Origin: an uncultured Verrucomicrobiae bacterium
Lineage (GTDB): Bacteria > Verrucomicrobiota > Verrucomicrobiia > Limisphaerales > JAFGQR01
Reading direction: 5' to 3'
DNA: 64,000 nucleotides
NCBI GenBank assembly: GCA_963788655.1
Contig: CAWBHS010000039.1
Location: 110,833-174,832 of the forward strand
The translations under genes and the position numbers were made by a program. The notes under the pieces were generated by a model. That model ran no database searches. It saw nothing but the letters and a program-made list of their open reading frames with translations, and was not told the DNA's origin. Shown one piece after another: positions 1 to 10,278 of the stretch; within the stretch, counting starts at the first letter, position 1, and each line of letters starts with the position of its first letter.

Positions 1-10
1 CACCAATACC

Positions 11-943
11 TTGCCTCCGGCCACAGTGCGCGCGCAAACGGTGGAAAACAAAAAGCGCGTGGCGACCGAAGAAGCAGTCGGCACCGTGCGCGCCAAATTG
101 CAGGCCACCATTCAAGCCAAGATCAGCGGGCGGATTATTGATTTGCCGGTGGTGGCGGGCCAGGCCGTGAAGTCCGGCGACTTGCTGGCCCAGTTGGACG
201 CCGGCGAAATCCAGGCCCGTCTCGAACAAGCCAAGGCGATTCGGGATCAGGCCCAGAGTGATCGGAAGCGTTATGAAAATCTGCTGAAGCAAAATGCCGT
301 CACCCAACAGGAGTACGATGCGGTGGAATCGCGCTATCGGGTGGCCGCTGCGTCGGTTACGGAAGCCGAAACCATGCTGAATTACGCCCGGGTGGAGGCG
401 CCGTTCGACGGCGTCATCAGCCGCAAATTCATGGATGTGGGCGATCTCGCGTCACCAGGGCGGCCTTTGCTGCTGCTGGAAGCGCCGAAGGCCTTGCGGT
501 TTGAGACCGACATTTCCGAGGGGCTCATTGGTCAAGTTCGCGTCGGCCAGAAAATGAATATTCGCGTCAGCCCTTCGGCCAACCCCATTGAAGGAACCGT
601 CAGCGAAGTCGCACCAACCTCCGACCCGAACAGTCGGACCTTCCGCGTGAAGTTGGATGTGCCCACGGCGCCCGGATTGCGCATCGGCCAGTTTGGCCGG
701 GCGGAGGTGCCGGTGGGCGAATCCGTCTCTGCCCGCGTGCCGGTTTCGGCGGTGGTGCGACGCGGGCAAATGGAAATGGTCTTTGTGATCAAAGATCAGG
801 CGGCGCAGTTGCGATTGGTGAAGACGGGCCGGCAGCTCGGTGACGAGATTGAAATCCTCTCCGGCCTGAATCCCGGCGAGCAAGTGGCGATTACGGGTGC
901 CGAGACGCTGATTGATGGCCAGCCGGTAAGGGTGGAGAAGTGA
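11..943 (+). CDS. RND efflux periplasmic adaptor (membrane fusion protein); true 5' end probably upstream of the window
   Basis: Lipoyl-like halves (AKISGRI...GQAVKSGDLLAQLD; APFDGVI...GDLASPG), alpha-hairpin, C-terminal EILSGLNPGEQV; lies upstream of an RND permease. Confidence 0.9.
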   Translation: MPPATVRAQTVENKKRVATEEAVGTVRAKLQATIQAKISGRIIDLPVVAGQAVKSGDLLAQLDAGEIQARLEQAKAIRDQAQSDRKRYENLLKQNAVTQQEYDAVESRYRVAAASVTEAETMLNYARVEAPFDGVISRKFMDVGDLASPGRPLLLLEAPKALRFETDISEGLIGQVRVGQKMNIRVSPSANPIEGTVSEVAPTSDPNSRTFRVKLDVPTAPGLRIGQFGRAEVPVGESVSARVPVSAVVRRGQMEMVFVIKDQAAQLRLVKTGRQLGDEIEILSGLNPGEQVAITGAETLIDGQPVRVEK

Positions 944-1033
944 TGACAGGCTTGCTTAAGAAACCGCACGAGGCTCGACGTTCTCCAGTAGTGCAGATTT
1001 TGAATGAGCGGCTAGCGCTGGCGCGGCAGCGTT

Positions 1034-1108
1034 TTGGAGTGCGGCCGTCCTCTGCCGCTTTCGAACGCACGGAACCTTCGAAAGCGGCAGAGGACGGCCG
1101 CACTCCAA
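1034..1108. repeat. REP-like palindrome, family A copy 1
   Basis: Perfect 32-bp inverted repeat TTGGAGTGCGGCCGTCCTCTGCCGCTTTCGAA (1034-1065 / 1077-1108), 11-nt loop; related copies at 42117 and 44076. Confidence 0.9.
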
Positions 1109-1261
1109 GACCTGGCGGCTATTCGCAGGGCGTCTTGAGCAAACAACCCGATGGGGCTTCTCCGCGCAGCCTGTTGAGCTTCTTGAAAGATCCAATCCCC
1201 AGCGCCGACCTGCCTCGGCAGGCTGCCCACGTCTGCCAATACTTCGGTTCTCCTGATTAGA

Positions 1262-4200
1262 ATGAAATCTTCCCCCGACGATCAATCCACCGCCCATCTT
1301 GGCCTCGCCGGCCGGGTGGCCCAGGCGTTCATCGATTCCAAGCTCACGCCCCTCGTGGTGTTCACGTCGATCCTGCTGGGCGTGGGCGCCACCATTCTGC
1401 TGCCCCGCGAGGAAGAACCGCAGATCAAGGTGCCCATGATCGATGTGATGGTCGCCGCGCCCGGCTCCAGCTCGAAGGAAGTCGAGGAGCGGGTGACTCG
1501 GCCCATGGAGAAGCTGCTGTGGGAAATCAAAGGCGTGGAATACATTTATTCCACGTCCCGGCCCGGACAGAGCCTGGTGATTGTGCGGTTCAAGGTGGGC
1601 GAAGACATCGAGAAGAGCCTCGTCAAACTCAACCAGAAATTGCAGTCGAACTTCGACCGGATACCACACGGCGTCTCGATGCCGCTGGTCAAGCCCAAGT
1701 CGATTGATGACGTACCCATTCTGACGCTCACCCTGCACAGCACCAACCAGGATCACCTGACGCTGCGGCGGTTGGCCGCCCAATTGGATGATGCCGTGAA
1801 GCAAGTGCCGCAGGTCGCCGAGACGATGATCATCGGCGGCGAACGGCGGCAAGTGCGGGTGCTGCTGGACCCGGTGCGCCTGGCGTCGCGCAACCTGACG
1901 GTTGTGGGGATTGTGCCGATGCTGATGCAGGCCAACCGCCAGACTTATTCCGGCGGCCTTACCACCGACAACCAAGAAGTCGTGGTCGAAACCGGCGGCT
2001 TTCTCGAAAACGCCCGCGAAGTGGGCAATGTCGTCGTGGGTGTCTATGCCGGCAAGCCCGTTTACCTGCGAGAAGTGGCGAACATCATCGATGGCGGGGA
2101 AGAGCCGTCGCAGTATGTCTTCTACGGTTCCGGCGCTGCCGAGTCGAACCTCGCCAATGAACAACCGGCCGTAACGCTGACGATCGCCAAACGCCCTGGT
2201 GCCAATGCCATCACTGTCGTGGACAAAGTGCTCAGCAAGGTCAACGAGGTCCGCGAGCATTTTATTCCGGCGGACGTGGACATCACCGTCACGCGCAACT
2301 ACGGCGAAACCTCTTTGGAGAAATCCAACGAACTGCTCTATCACATGGGCATCGCCGTGCTGAGCGTGTCGTTCCTGATTCTCCTGACGTTGGGCTGGCG
2401 GGAATCCTGCATCGTTGCCATCGCCATTCCTACCACGCTGGCGCTGACGCTGCTGGTGTTTTATCTCTATGGCTACACGTTGAACCGTATCACGCTCTTC
2501 GCCTTGATCTTCTCCATCGGCATTCTGGTGGATGACGCCATTGTGGTGGTCGAAAACATCGTGCGCCATTTCCACCTGCCCGGCAGCAAAGGACGCAATT
2601 GGTCCACGATCGCTGTCGAGGCGGTGAGCGAGGTGGGCAACCCGACGATCCTGGCAACGTTCGCCGTCATTGCGGCGGTGCTGCCGATGGCGTTCGTGGG
2701 CGGCTTGATGGGCCCGTACATGCGGCCCATTCCGATTGGTTCCAGCGCGGCGATGCTGTTCTCGCTGGCCATTTCCTTCATGGTGACACCGTGGGCGGCC
2801 ATCCGCGTTTTGAAATGGGGCAAAAAGCAAAAGGTCAGCGAATCAGGTGCCGAAGCCGAAGCCGCAGCGCATGGTCACGAGGCGACTGAGGAAAGTTTTT
2901 TTGCCCGGTCCTATCGCAAGCTGATGACGCCCTTGATCGAACATCGCGGTTGGCGCTGGGCTTTCTTGGTAGTTCTGGCCGTATTGCTCATGGCCGCGAT
3001 GTCCACCGTGGCGCTTGGTTGGGTGAAGGTGAAGATGTTGCCGTTCGACAACAAGAGCGAGTTTCAGATCATCCTCAACCTGCCCGAAGGCAGTTCGCTG
3101 GAGAAGACCGCCGAGGCCGCGCGGGCGATTGCTGCGACGGTGCGAACGGCGCCGGAAGTGGTCGATTACCAGGTCTATGTGGGTACGGCGGCGCCATTTA
3201 ATTTCAACGGACTGGTGCGGCATTATTTCCTGCGGTCGGGTGCCAATATCGCCGACCTGCAAATCAACCTGGTCGGCAAACATGCGCGTTCCGCGCAGAG
3301 CCACGAAATCGTCAAACGTCTGCGGCCACTCGTGGATGACGTGCTCAAGCAATATCCCGGCGCGCGCGCCGCGCTGGCGGAAGTGCCGCCCGGTCCGCCG
3401 GTGTTGCAGACGCTGGTTGCGGAAGTCTATGGGCCCAACGAACAAGACCGGCTTAAACTGGCGGGGAAGATCGTGGACATCCTCAAGGAGACGGATGGAG
3501 TAGTGGACGTGGATTATTACATCGAAGCGGACCAGCCCAAGGCGCGGTTCGTGGTGGACAAAGCCAAGGCGGCGTTGAACGGCATCAGCACCGAAACGAT
3601 TGACCAAACGCTGAGCATTGCCGTCGGCGGCCGCTCCATCGATCTCGTCCACAAGCCGCGGGAGAAGGAGGACGTTGATTTGTTTTTGAAGGTTCCCCGC
3701 ACGTCGCGCACCACGCCGGAAGACTTGCTCGCGTTGCGGGTGCGCAGCGGTGATGCCAATGCCCTGCCCGAACCCGGCGCCGCGGGCGGGGCGCCGCCCT
3801 TGGTGCCGTTGCGTGAATTGGTCACCATCGAAAACACCCTGGCGGACAAAAGCATTTACCACAAGAACCTGATGCCGGTGCGTTACGTCCTCGGCGACGT
3901 GGCCGGAGTGATTGAAAGTCCGGGGTATGCCATCTTTAAGATGAACCACGACCTCGACCAATTGGACGCCCGCGACTACGGCGGCACGCAGGCGAAGCTC
4001 AAGATCCTCAATTATGCGCAGCCGTTCACCGACTTCCAACCCACGGTGAAATGGGATGGCGAATGGCACATTACCATCGAAGTGTTCCGCGATCTCGGAC
4101 TGGCTTTTGCGGCGGTGCTGATCTTGATCTACGTGCTGATGGTGGGTTGGTTCAAGTCGTTCTTCACGCCGTTGATTGTGATGGTCGTCATTCCGTTTTC

Positions 4201-4588
4201 GTTGATCGGCATCCTGCCGGCGCACGGATTGTTGAATGCCTTCTTCACGGCCACGTCGATGATCGGCTTCATGGCGGGCGCGGGCATCGTGGTGCGGAAT
4301 TCGATCATCCTGGTGGACTTCATCGAACTGCGGCTGGCCGAAGGCTTGTCGCTGCACGACGCGGTGATCGAAGCCGGCATGATCCGGTTCCGCCCGATCA
4401 TGCTCACGGCGATGGCCGTGGTGGTGGGTGCGGCGGTGATTCTGTTCGATCCGATTTTCCAGGGCCTGGCCCTTTCGCTCATGGCGGGCGGCGTGGTGTC
4501 GATGCTGATCAGCCCGGTTGTGGTGCCGGTGCTGTACTACATGAGTCATTCACGGAAGGCAGTGAAGGGGGGAAGGGGGGAAGGGTGA
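1262..4588 (+). CDS. RND efflux permease (AcrB/CusA superfamily)
   Basis: 1108 aa, two sets of TM helices, [30 protein letters not shown] motifs. Confidence 0.95.
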   Translation: MKSSPDDQSTAHLGLAGRVAQAFIDSKLTPLVVFTSILLGVGATILLPREEEPQIKVPMIDVMVAAPGSSSKEVEERVTRPMEKLLWEIKGVEYIYSTSRPGQSLVIVRFKVGEDIEKSLVKLNQKLQSNFDRIPHGVSMPLVKPKSIDDVPILTLTLHSTNQDHLTLRRLAAQLDDAVKQVPQVAETMIIGGERRQVRVLLDPVRLASRNLTVVGIVPMLMQANRQTYSGGLTTDNQEVVVETGGFLENAREVGNVVVGVYAGKPVYLREVANIIDGGEEPSQYVFYGSGAAESNLANEQPAVTLTIAKRPGANAITVVDKVLSKVNEVREHFIPADVDITVTRNYGETSLEKSNELLYHMGIAVLSVSFLILLTLGWRESCIVAIAIPTTLALTLLVFYLYGYTLNRITLFALIFSIGILVDDAIVVVENIVRHFHLPGSKGRNWSTIAVEAVSEVGNPTILATFAVIAAVLPMAFVGGLMGPYMRPIPIGSSAAMLFSLAISFMVTPWAAIRVLKWGKKQKVSESGAEAEAAAHGHEATEESFFARSYRKLMTPLIEHRGWRWAFLVVLAVLLMAAMSTVALGWVKVKMLPFDNKSEFQIILNLPEGSSLEKTAEAARAIAATVRTAPEVVDYQVYVGTAAPFNFNGLVRHYFLRSGANIADLQINLVGKHARSAQSHEIVKRLRPLVDDVLKQYPGARAALAEVPPGPPVLQTLVAEVYGPNEQDRLKLAGKIVDILKETDGVVDVDYYIEADQPKARFVVDKAKAALNGISTETIDQTLSIAVGGRSIDLVHKPREKEDVDLFLKVPRTSRTTPEDLLALRVRSGDANALPEPGAAGGAPPLVPLRELVTIENTLADKSIYHKNLMPVRYVLGDVAGVIESPGYAIFKMNHDLDQLDARDYGGTQAKLKILNYAQPFTDFQPTVKWDGEWHITIEVFRDLGLAFAAVLILIYVLMVGWFKSFFTPLIVMVVIPFSLIGILPAHGLLNAFFTATSMIGFMAGAGIVVRNSIILVDFIELRLAEGLSLHDAVIEAGMIRFRPIMLTAMAVVVGAAVILFDPIFQGLALSLMAGGVVSMLISPVVVPVLYYMSHSRKAVKGGRGEG

Positions 4589-4899
4589 AGGCGTGAAGCG
4601 TGATGGGATGAAGCGTGAAAGTGGTGGCAGGCATGTGCGGATTGCAGAGGCAGTCTGAGTTTCGATGCGCAGCTTTCAGTGGCCATTTTGGAACGGGGCG
4701 CCGTTAATCGCGCAAGTTTCTAGCACTACAGCGACACTTTCACAAATAGGCACGCGGCCTTTAGGCCGCTTCAAGCACCCAAGGCCAACCAGCGGTTTGC
4801 GGGATAGGACCGTGAAGCGGCGTAACCGCCGCGCTCCTGCCGCGTTCGCCCGAACTTTCGCCGCAGTTTTAGAGTGCGTCCGGCTTGGCGGCGTTACCC

Positions 4900-4938
4900 A
4901 AAATAAAAGCAAAGGCCCCGACGGATCGGGGCCTTTGC
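4900..4938 (-). terminator. Rho-independent terminator of the FG-GAP gene
   Basis: 13-bp stem GCAAAGGCCCCGA/TCGGGGCCTTTGC (4909-4938), 4-nt loop, followed on the minus strand by TTTTATTTT; 30 bp past the stop at 4969. Confidence 0.8.
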
Positions 4939-4968
4939 AATTCTTGGATGGCTGATGAGCGAGCCGGC

Positions 4969-6246
4969 TTATTTGGCTTCCTGGAGAAAGACGAACACGC
5001 CCTTCTTGTTGCCGACGATCACGTCCGGTCGTTTGTCGCCGTTCAGGTCGGCGGCGGCGACTTGCGTGCCTACGCCGGAGTCGTTGTCGATCAGGTGCGG
5101 GATGAATTTCGCGGTCTTGTCCGCACTACGAACTGTCTGAAACCAATAGAGCACGGCCGGGGCGTTGGGTTCTTCATCGCCTTCCGGTCCATGGGCCCAA
5201 AACCGTTTGCCGACGACGAAGTCTTTCACGCCGTCGCCGTTCATGTCCACCAGATCAATAGCGTGTGGTTGCGAGAATTTCACTCCGTAGGCATTATCCT
5301 CGGGTTTCTTGCCCATGATGAGATGTTGCTTGAAGCTGATCTTGCCGTCGGCTTTGATTTGCTCATACCAAGCCAAGCCATAACCGTGGGGGGCCAGCGC
5401 CGTCAGCACGTCGTTCAAGCCGTCGCCATTGAAATCGTAGGCATACATTTGGGAACTGCCGGTGCCGGGAGCAAACGGAAACGGATGATTCGCCCAAACG
5501 GGATCTCCAGCTAGTGAAGCCGGTTGCTCCCACCAGCCATTGGCTTCAATGATGTCCGCGCGCCCGTCGCCGTTCACGTCGCCAAAGCCCAGCCCGTGCG
5601 TGTACCGCTGCCAGGGGCCTTTCGGCGTGATCGCATGCCAGGTCCAGGGCTGATCGGGATGACTCCAATCCGGCGAGGCATAACCGAAATAGCCACCGGA
5701 GTTGCAAATAATTTCCGGTTTCTCGTCCCCGGTCAGATCGCCAAAGGCCGGCGACTCATTGTCCAGCACGTCGATGGCTTTGTGCGGCGCCCAATGCTCG
5801 TTGCCGTCGTCGTTCTTTTTGCCCTGTGGATTCTCATACCAAAAGACCGCTGTGCCGGGAAATCCATACACGATGATGTCATCCCAACCGTCTTGGTTGA
5901 AATCATAGACAAAGGTCAAAAAGTCGTCCGAGTAATCATTTTCATGTCCCAGTGCGCCCTTGTAACCGGGGATCGTGATCTCGGTGCCGTCGGACTTTTT
6001 GATCTTCGATGTTTTGGTGGCGGGACGGAACTCGTGCCGTTGTTTGAAATCCGGCCCAGCCCACCAGAACGGACCGCCGCACACGTCCTGGACGCCGTCG
6101 TGATTGAAATCGCCATAATAGGCGCCTTCGCACCAGAACTGATCGGTAATTTGGATCATACGAAATGTGTCAGCGCCTTGGTCGGCCGCCTGCGCCAATG
6201 CGCCCGCCAGAACAATGCCCGCGATAGCCAGTGAGAATTTCATCAT
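4969..6246 (-). CDS. Secreted FG-GAP/VCBS-repeat (beta-propeller) protein
   Basis: Signal peptide MKFSLAIAG...AQA; repeated DxNxDGxxD motifs (DFNHDGVQD, DVNGDGRAD, DFNGDGLND, DMNGDGVKD, DLNGDKRPD). Confidence 0.88.
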   Translation of the reverse strand: MMKFSLAIAGIVLAGALAQAADQGADTFRMIQITDQFWCEGAYYGDFNHDGVQDVCGGPFWWAGPDFKQRHEFRPATKTSKIKKSDGTEITIPGYKGALGHENDYSDDFLTFVYDFNQDGWDDIIVYGFPGTAVFWYENPQGKKNDDGNEHWAPHKAIDVLDNESPAFGDLTGDEKPEIICNSGGYFGYASPDWSHPDQPWTWHAITPKGPWQRYTHGLGFGDVNGDGRADIIEANGWWEQPASLAGDPVWANHPFPFAPGTGSSQMYAYDFNGDGLNDVLTALAPHGYGLAWYEQIKADGKISFKQHLIMGKKPEDNAYGVKFSQPHAIDLVDMNGDGVKDFVVGKRFWAHGPEGDEEPNAPAVLYWFQTVRSADKTAKFIPHLIDNDSGVGTQVAAADLNGDKRPDVIVGNKKGVFVFLQEAK

Positions 6247-6410
6247 GGGAAATGGATGCCAGGTTTAAGCGTGTGGGTCAAGCGGGATGGAAGGCGGAAG
6301 AAAAAGTTGATGAGTTGAACCGTTGAAGAGTTATGAGGTCGTGCAGCGACTCGTGGCCGTAGCAAGTTAGTGATCGAACCCGGTGCTGCTTGCGGCCCTC
6401 GGCATTCGGT

Positions 6411-9000
6411 CAGATCTCGGTAAAAGTGCATGTTTGGCTGCTGAAGAGCCGCAGGTTCAATTCCGGGAAAACGGATGGTGGTAAGCTGGGTGGAGGGTAA
6501 TCTCTGGGCGAGCGCGCAGGTGCTGAAGCGCGCACTCGATCATGAGCGCGACCTACACTGGGCAACTGATTCTTGGGACTGACAAGCGTAATCCGCTGTT
6601 CACGGTTTACGCCCAAGAGGACGGGGAGGAGGCGCAACTGCACGTTTACTACGGGCTGGAGTTGCTGGAGGTGGTGTCAGCCGACCGCCACGAGCCCAGT
6701 TTCAAAATGCTGGTGGGGCGACTGTACAACGCGGGGGTAAGCGTGGGCGTACTCCAGCAAACCTTCCACGCCGATGGCAAAACGATTCAGCGCTGGGGGC
6801 GAGCGTTGCGCAGTCGCAATGCCCAGGAGTTGATCCGCGTGCTGGAAGGTCGGCGGCGCAGCCGCAAACTCAGTCCCGAGATCCAAGCCTACGTGCGGGT
6901 GCGCTGGCCGGACTTGGTGAGCCAGGGCCTTTACGGGATCGGCAAACGGCTGCGCCAAGAGATCCAGTCGGTGTTCGGGGTGACACTTTCCCAGGAGACG
7001 CTGCGCCCCCTGATGGGCGAGTTGAAGCGGCAAGCCGCTGCCAGCACCTCGCCGGTGCAACCGCAAGCCACAACCGCAGAGGGTCTCCCGCAGGACCGCC
7101 CAAAGGCTACTGAAGATCAAGCGCTTGACGTGGAGGGGCGGGAGAAGCCTTGCGGTTGTGCCGAGGAGGCGGGGGGAGCGGCGGCGCCCGTCTTGGAGGG
7201 GGTGCCAGCCGCGCCCCAGACCCTGTGGTGTGATCACCTTGGGGTGCTGATTTTCGCGCCGGTGTTGGTCGCCGTAGCGCAAGTCACCGAAACGGTCCAA
7301 GGCCTGTTCAAGCAGTGGCTGGCCAGTCTGCTGGTGGGGGCCTTGAACATCGAGCAAACCAAGTTCCTCAGTTGGCCCGACCTCTCCCGGCTCTTGGGAT
7401 CGGTGGTCCGCTTTCCTTATCCGCAACGCCAGGAACTGGAACGGGTCGCCAACAGGGCGAACATAGAAGCGTTGGCGCGCTTCAATGCCCAGCAGCTCGG
7501 CGCCGACGCGCACTGCCAGTTCTACTTCGACCCGCACACCAAGCATTACACCGGACAACAGAACGTGCTGGAAGGTTGGTGTGCGGCCATCCGCTGGGCG
7601 GACAAAGCGGTGCACAGCGATTTCATCCACACGGTGGCGGGCGAGCCGCTTTACTTCGAAACCACGGATAATTTCGCCGATCTGCGGCAGCGCTTTTTCG
7701 CCGTGGTGCAGCGTTGCCGCCAGGTGCTGAAGTGGCCCGCCGACCGGGTGCTCACTTTCGTGCTCGACCGCGCCATTTTCGGGAAGGAGGTCTTCGAGAA
7801 GGTGTTGGCCGATCCGAAGCTGCACCTGATTACCTGGGAAAAAGGCTACGTGCGGCAAGACTGGCCGCCTCCCGGCGGGAGGAGCGGGGCGCTGGTGATC
7901 GAACGGGCGCGCAACCGGGCCGAGGATATTCGGGCCTATCATCTGGAATACTGGGACCGCCCCTGGCCGAAGGACCCGCGCTTGCGCCAACTGGTCGTGC
8001 AGGCGACTAATCCCCGCGGTCGCGTCATTCAAGTCGCGATCTTGACGGACGACCTGAGCAGCGCCGCCAGCGGGATTATCCGGCTGATGTTCAACCGCTG
8101 GGTACAAGAGAACGACTTCAAGTATCTGGACAAGCATTTTGGCATCAATCAGATCACCAGCTACGGCGTGACGGAGTACGCGGAGTTGCGCCAAGCGGTG
8201 CAGGATCGGCAGGTGCGCAGCGCCGAGCTCAAAGCGCTCCAGGAGCAGCGGCGCCAACTCCGGGCGCGGCAGAGCCGATTATTACTGCTGCAAAGCCAAG
8301 GCGAGCACGCGGACCAACAACGTGAGCAACGGATCCAAGCGCTGGAAAAGCAACCCGAGGCCGAGCCCGTCCAGAAGGAATTGGCCCGTTTGCGTCAGCG
8401 GCAGAGTCGGTGGCACAGCACGCGTTTGGTGCGTCAAGAACAGATCCGGAAGCTCAGCAAGGAGCTAGCGGAGCTGGAAATCAAGGCCCAGGCGGCGCAA
8501 CAGACCGAGTCGCGCTTGGAGCGGCTGATTGCCGACAAGATGGTCCGCCTGGATCCGGAGAAAAAACGGTTGATGGATAGCCTGCGGATCATCGCGCGCA
8601 ACATCTTCTACCGGGCGTTGCAGCCTTTCAAAAAGGCCTACAACAACTATCGGGATGACCACGATCAGTTCCGGCAACTGACCCAAGCCAGCGGCGTTTT
8701 AGAGCTGGGGGCCAAGCAGGTGGTGGTTCACCTGATGCCGCAGGTGGGTTATCCCCCGCAAGTACGGCGCATCATCGGCACGGTACTCGACGACCTCAAC
8801 GCCCAGAAACCGGTGTTACCGGACGGTAGCGGTCGCCCCTTGAAGCTGCGCCTGGCCCAACGCAGTGAGATGAAACTCTCGATTCACCCCACCAGTTGAC
8901 GTGGGCGGCTTGGTGGCGGGCCGCCCGCCGGCTGACGCCGGACGCCGGAAATGAACCTGCGGCTCTTTTCGCAGTACCGAGGCGCCTTTACTGAGGTCTG
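6411..9000 (+). mobile_element. Complete insertion sequence, 2590 bp
   Basis: Imperfect ~56-bp TIRs (left CAGATCTCGGTAAAAG...AAGAGCCGCAGGTTCAATTCCGG; right reverse complement CAGACCTCAGTAAAGG...AAGAGCCGCAGGTTCATTTCCGG); flanking 5-bp direct repeat TCGGT at 6406-6410 and 9001-9005; single long ORF inside. Confidence 0.9.
6542..8899 (+). CDS. Putative DDE-type transposase, 785 aa
   Basis: N-terminal HTH-like region, candidate catalytic motifs FYFDPH, VLDR and RWVQENDFKY, long Q/E/R-rich coiled coil; bounded by TIRs and TSD. Confidence 0.8.
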   Translation: MSATYTGQLILGTDKRNPLFTVYAQEDGEEAQLHVYYGLELLEVVSADRHEPSFKMLVGRLYNAGVSVGVLQQTFHADGKTIQRWGRALRSRNAQELIRVLEGRRRSRKLSPEIQAYVRVRWPDLVSQGLYGIGKRLRQEIQSVFGVTLSQETLRPLMGELKRQAAASTSPVQPQATTAEGLPQDRPKATEDQALDVEGREKPCGCAEEAGGAAAPVLEGVPAAPQTLWCDHLGVLIFAPVLVAVAQVTETVQGLFKQWLASLLVGALNIEQTKFLSWPDLSRLLGSVVRFPYPQRQELERVANRANIEALARFNAQQLGADAHCQFYFDPHTKHYTGQQNVLEGWCAAIRWADKAVHSDFIHTVAGEPLYFETTDNFADLRQRFFAVVQRCRQVLKWPADRVLTFVLDRAIFGKEVFEKVLADPKLHLITWEKGYVRQDWPPPGGRSGALVIERARNRAEDIRAYHLEYWDRPWPKDPRLRQLVVQATNPRGRVIQVAILTDDLSSAASGIIRLMFNRWVQENDFKYLDKHFGINQITSYGVTEYAELRQAVQDRQVRSAELKALQEQRRQLRARQSRLLLLQSQGEHADQQREQRIQALEKQPEAEPVQKELARLRQRQSRWHSTRLVRQEQIRKLSKELAELEIKAQAAQQTESRLERLIADKMVRLDPEKKRLMDSLRIIARNIFYRALQPFKKAYNNYRDDHDQFRQLTQASGVLELGAKQVVVHLMPQVGYPPQVRRIIGTVLDDLNAQKPVLPDGSGRPLKLRLAQRSEMKLSIHPTS

Positions 9001-9059
9001 TCGGTTTTCGGCCTTTGTTGCGTTCCCGCTTGCTCCGCGACGGTCTTTCCGTTTCCAAT

Positions 9060-9716
9060 ATGTCCATGCAATCACGCGCGCAAATCTGCTCCGCCCTGAC
9101 CGATCCTGGGATCATCGCCATCATCCGGGCCGATGATCCGGCCAAAGCGCTGCCCGCCTGCGAGGCGCTGTTGGCCGGGGGCGTTAAGGCCATTGAATTG
9201 ACCCTGACCATTCCCAATGCCATCGCCGTGATTGGCGCCGTGGCGAAAGACTTGGGTGATCGCGCTTTGCTTGGTGCCGGCACGGTGCTCAATGCCGAAA
9301 CCTGTCGGGCCGCCATTGATGCCGGAGCCCAATACATCGTTAGTCCCATCACGCGGCTCGAATTAATTGAGGCCGCACACGCGGCGGACAAGCCGGTGAT
9401 GATCGGCGCCTACACGCCCACCGAAGCGCAGTCAGCCCACGAAGCGGGCGCGGATTTCATCAAAATCTTCCCCGCCGACAAACTCGGGCCTTCCTATATC
9501 AAGGCCCTTCGCGCCCCGTTGCCGCACTTGCGTCTCGTGCCCACCGGCGGCGTGGATTTGCAGACCGCCGCCGACTTCCTGAAAGCCGGCAGCGCTGCTT
9601 TGGGGGTGGGATCGTCGCTGGTTTCCGCCAACATTCTTCGGGAATCCAATTGGTCCGAATTGACCCGTCTGGCGAAGGCATTTGTGGTGGCGGTGAATTC
9701 CGCGCGGGCAACATAG
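9060..9716 (+). CDS. eda: KDPG/KHG aldolase
   Basis: IAIIR, ELTLT, GAGTVL, YTPTE, KIFPA, PTGGV motifs; start at ATG 9060 (or 9066). Confidence 0.92.
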   Translation: MSMQSRAQICSALTDPGIIAIIRADDPAKALPACEALLAGGVKAIELTLTIPNAIAVIGAVAKDLGDRALLGAGTVLNAETCRAAIDAGAQYIVSPITRLELIEAAHAADKPVMIGAYTPTEAQSAHEAGADFIKIFPADKLGPSYIKALRAPLPHLRLVPTGGVDLQTAADFLKAGSAALGVGSSLVSANILRESNWSELTRLAKAFVVAVNSARAT

Positions 9717-9722
9717 CGACGA

Positions 9723-10278
9723 TTACGGCAGAGCTAATTTGGCTTTCGAACCGCGCACAATGGTTTGCACGACTTGCGGTTCGCCGGGATGATCGTAGCG
9801 GGCGACGATCTTTTGATAGAACTTTCGGGCTTCGGCGTGACCGTCCCGCGTCCCACAATAGATCCGCGGCAGATTTCAAAGCCATGATGATGTCCCAGCT
9901 TTGCTGCGGGTATTTTCGCTCGACGGCGGCGTAGAATCTAACGGCCGCGTTCAGGTTCGTCTGCGCGGCGCGAATATTCGCCAGGCTGCGCAGCGCTTGC
10001 GCTGCCCAGTAGGCTTGGTCGGGATACTTCTTGAGCAACAATTCGTAATCCGCGGCGGCTTGGTCCAGCAGTTTATGCCTGGCTTCACCTTTGGCTTCGG
10101 CGTAAGGAGCATGGTGAAGCTTGGTGGCTTGCTCGAACAGCGCCTGCGCGGCGGCAGCGCGTTGTTCCGGGGATTGTTGGTGCGAGGCGCAACCCGGCAG
10201 GGCCAAAGCCAGGAGCAGCCCAACAAGTGCAATGACGGATTGGCAATCAGCCGAGCTATCGGGTGACGTTGGTTCCAT
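9723..10278 (-). CDS. TPR-like lipoprotein; apparent frameshift near 9840
   Basis: Lipobox-like LPGC after a hydrophobic stretch; helical repeats (YELLLKKYPD, YAAVERKYPQ); the alternative frame continues HAEARKFYQKIVARYD...KLALP* and ends at 9723. Confidence 0.6.

Noticed and set aside
940..1260. ORFs 940-1260, 12621-13073, 28832-29311, 32640-32882 and 41894-42247
   Set aside because: They are translations of palindromic repeat elements with no protein-like features
4560..4625. Short degenerate 7-8-nt periodic tracts (also ~6304-6335 and ~28842-28870)
   Set aside because: Low-complexity intergenic repeats without spacers or associated genes; no function supportable
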